From NCBI GenBank assembly GCA_030324005.1, contig JARDVH010000025.1:99455157-99519156 (forward strand): a DNA stretch of 64,000 bases. Direction: 5' to 3'. Position numbers and translations under genes: made by a program. Position 1 is the first letter of the stretch. The number at the start of each line of letters is the position of its first letter. The DNA is from Negaprion brevirostris. Lineage: Eukaryota. Positions 62,971 to 64,000 of the stretch are shown here, piece by piece. The notes below the pieces were generated by a model that ran no database searches, was not told the DNA's origin, and saw nothing but the letters and a program-made list of their open reading frames with translations.

Positions 62971-64000
62971 ATTGTTGTTACTGCAAGAATCCTGTGCTCA
63001 CCACTTAGTCCTGTAGTCATGGGTCCTTAAAGACACTTCAGTTTGCTTTTCACCTGCATGTTGGTGTATAAAACAAAATGTGATGATTGATTGTTGGAGA
63101 ATAAATCTCCACAAATGAAGAAAAATACATGAATAATACATGAAATGGTTTGTATTAGAGAGGAAAGTCAGTAAGCCTGAACATGGTCAGGGGAGATTTT
63201 AAAAACTGAATTACGTACAACCAGAGGCACTGATGTTCCTAAACACATTCTTTCATTATCAATTATCTCTGATTTCTTTTCTAACCAGCAACTAAGAACA
63301 TCTGGTGCTTGTCCTCCTGTTTCTCGTAGCAGCTGTTTTCTTTATACTTGCCACTTATACTTTTCCATAAAGTCTTTACAATTGGGAAGGGGCTCGATGG
63401 TTGAGAACTAGGAAAGTTTGTTTTGCTTCTGAGGGACAAAGGATGGGAGAGGCGGAGGCTGAGAAAATTGCAGAAAATACCGTCAAAGCAGTTCCAGCCT
63501 CCACCTGTCTTTCCTAGGGGTAACTTGGTAGTGAACTCGGAAGCCCCGACAGCTTAGGTGTGAAGCCAGTTGTAGTACTTAAGAAGGAATTATTTTGCTC
63601 TTGGATTCTCTCATTGCCAAAAGCAGAGTAATCTCATGCTGTATCACCAGTCTAGCAAGTTGAAGAAATAGGAAGAGCTTCCTCAGTGAAACTGACAAAC
63701 TGGGCGGACTTTGATCAGTTACAATGAAGGGCTCTGACCATGGCCAGCTCAGAGGTTGCAATGCAAAACTTTTCTTTCACGGAGTGCTTTTATTGCTTGA
63801 CAGTGAGTATCAAATGTTCGGAAAGCACCTCGCATGTTGAGCACTTCACCCACCTTTAGCTGCACTTAGTTGCTTCCAGTCTTCTGAGGAGTGCAGGGGC
63901 AATTTAATGCAGCTACAGAGTCTGCTTCTGCTGAGGGCAAGGGCTGGTCACTAACAAATGCCAACACTCCAGCATTAGCAAGAGCAATACCAGCAGGAAG

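Overview
This is AT-rich, CpG-depleted vertebrate DNA, not prokaryotic. The repeat content points to a cartilaginous fish, probably a shark: HE1/V-SINEs, CR1/HER1-type, L2-type and Rex1/Babar LINE fragments, a Deu-domain SINE, Penelope-type ends and short TIR MITEs. The assembly is gapped, with many N runs. I find no recognisable intact protein-coding gene, RNA gene or CRISPR array. The ORF track consists of chance ORFs, N-spanning ORFs and decayed retrotransposon endonuclease/RT pieces. The repeat-free intervals contain motif-dense blocks that look like conserved non-coding enhancers, plus a few isolated exon-like units, suggesting a large intron or gene desert. The most interesting structure is a family of short, non-coding, fold-back Penelope-type insertions (5371, 17463, 45870) with target duplications, two of which retain minimal hammerhead ribozyme cores. 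Also notable are a LINE whose 5' end is a tRNA-type SINE head, and V-SINEs carrying two different LINE-derived tails. Family names come from my recall of consensus motifs, not from database searches, and repeat boundaries are approximate.
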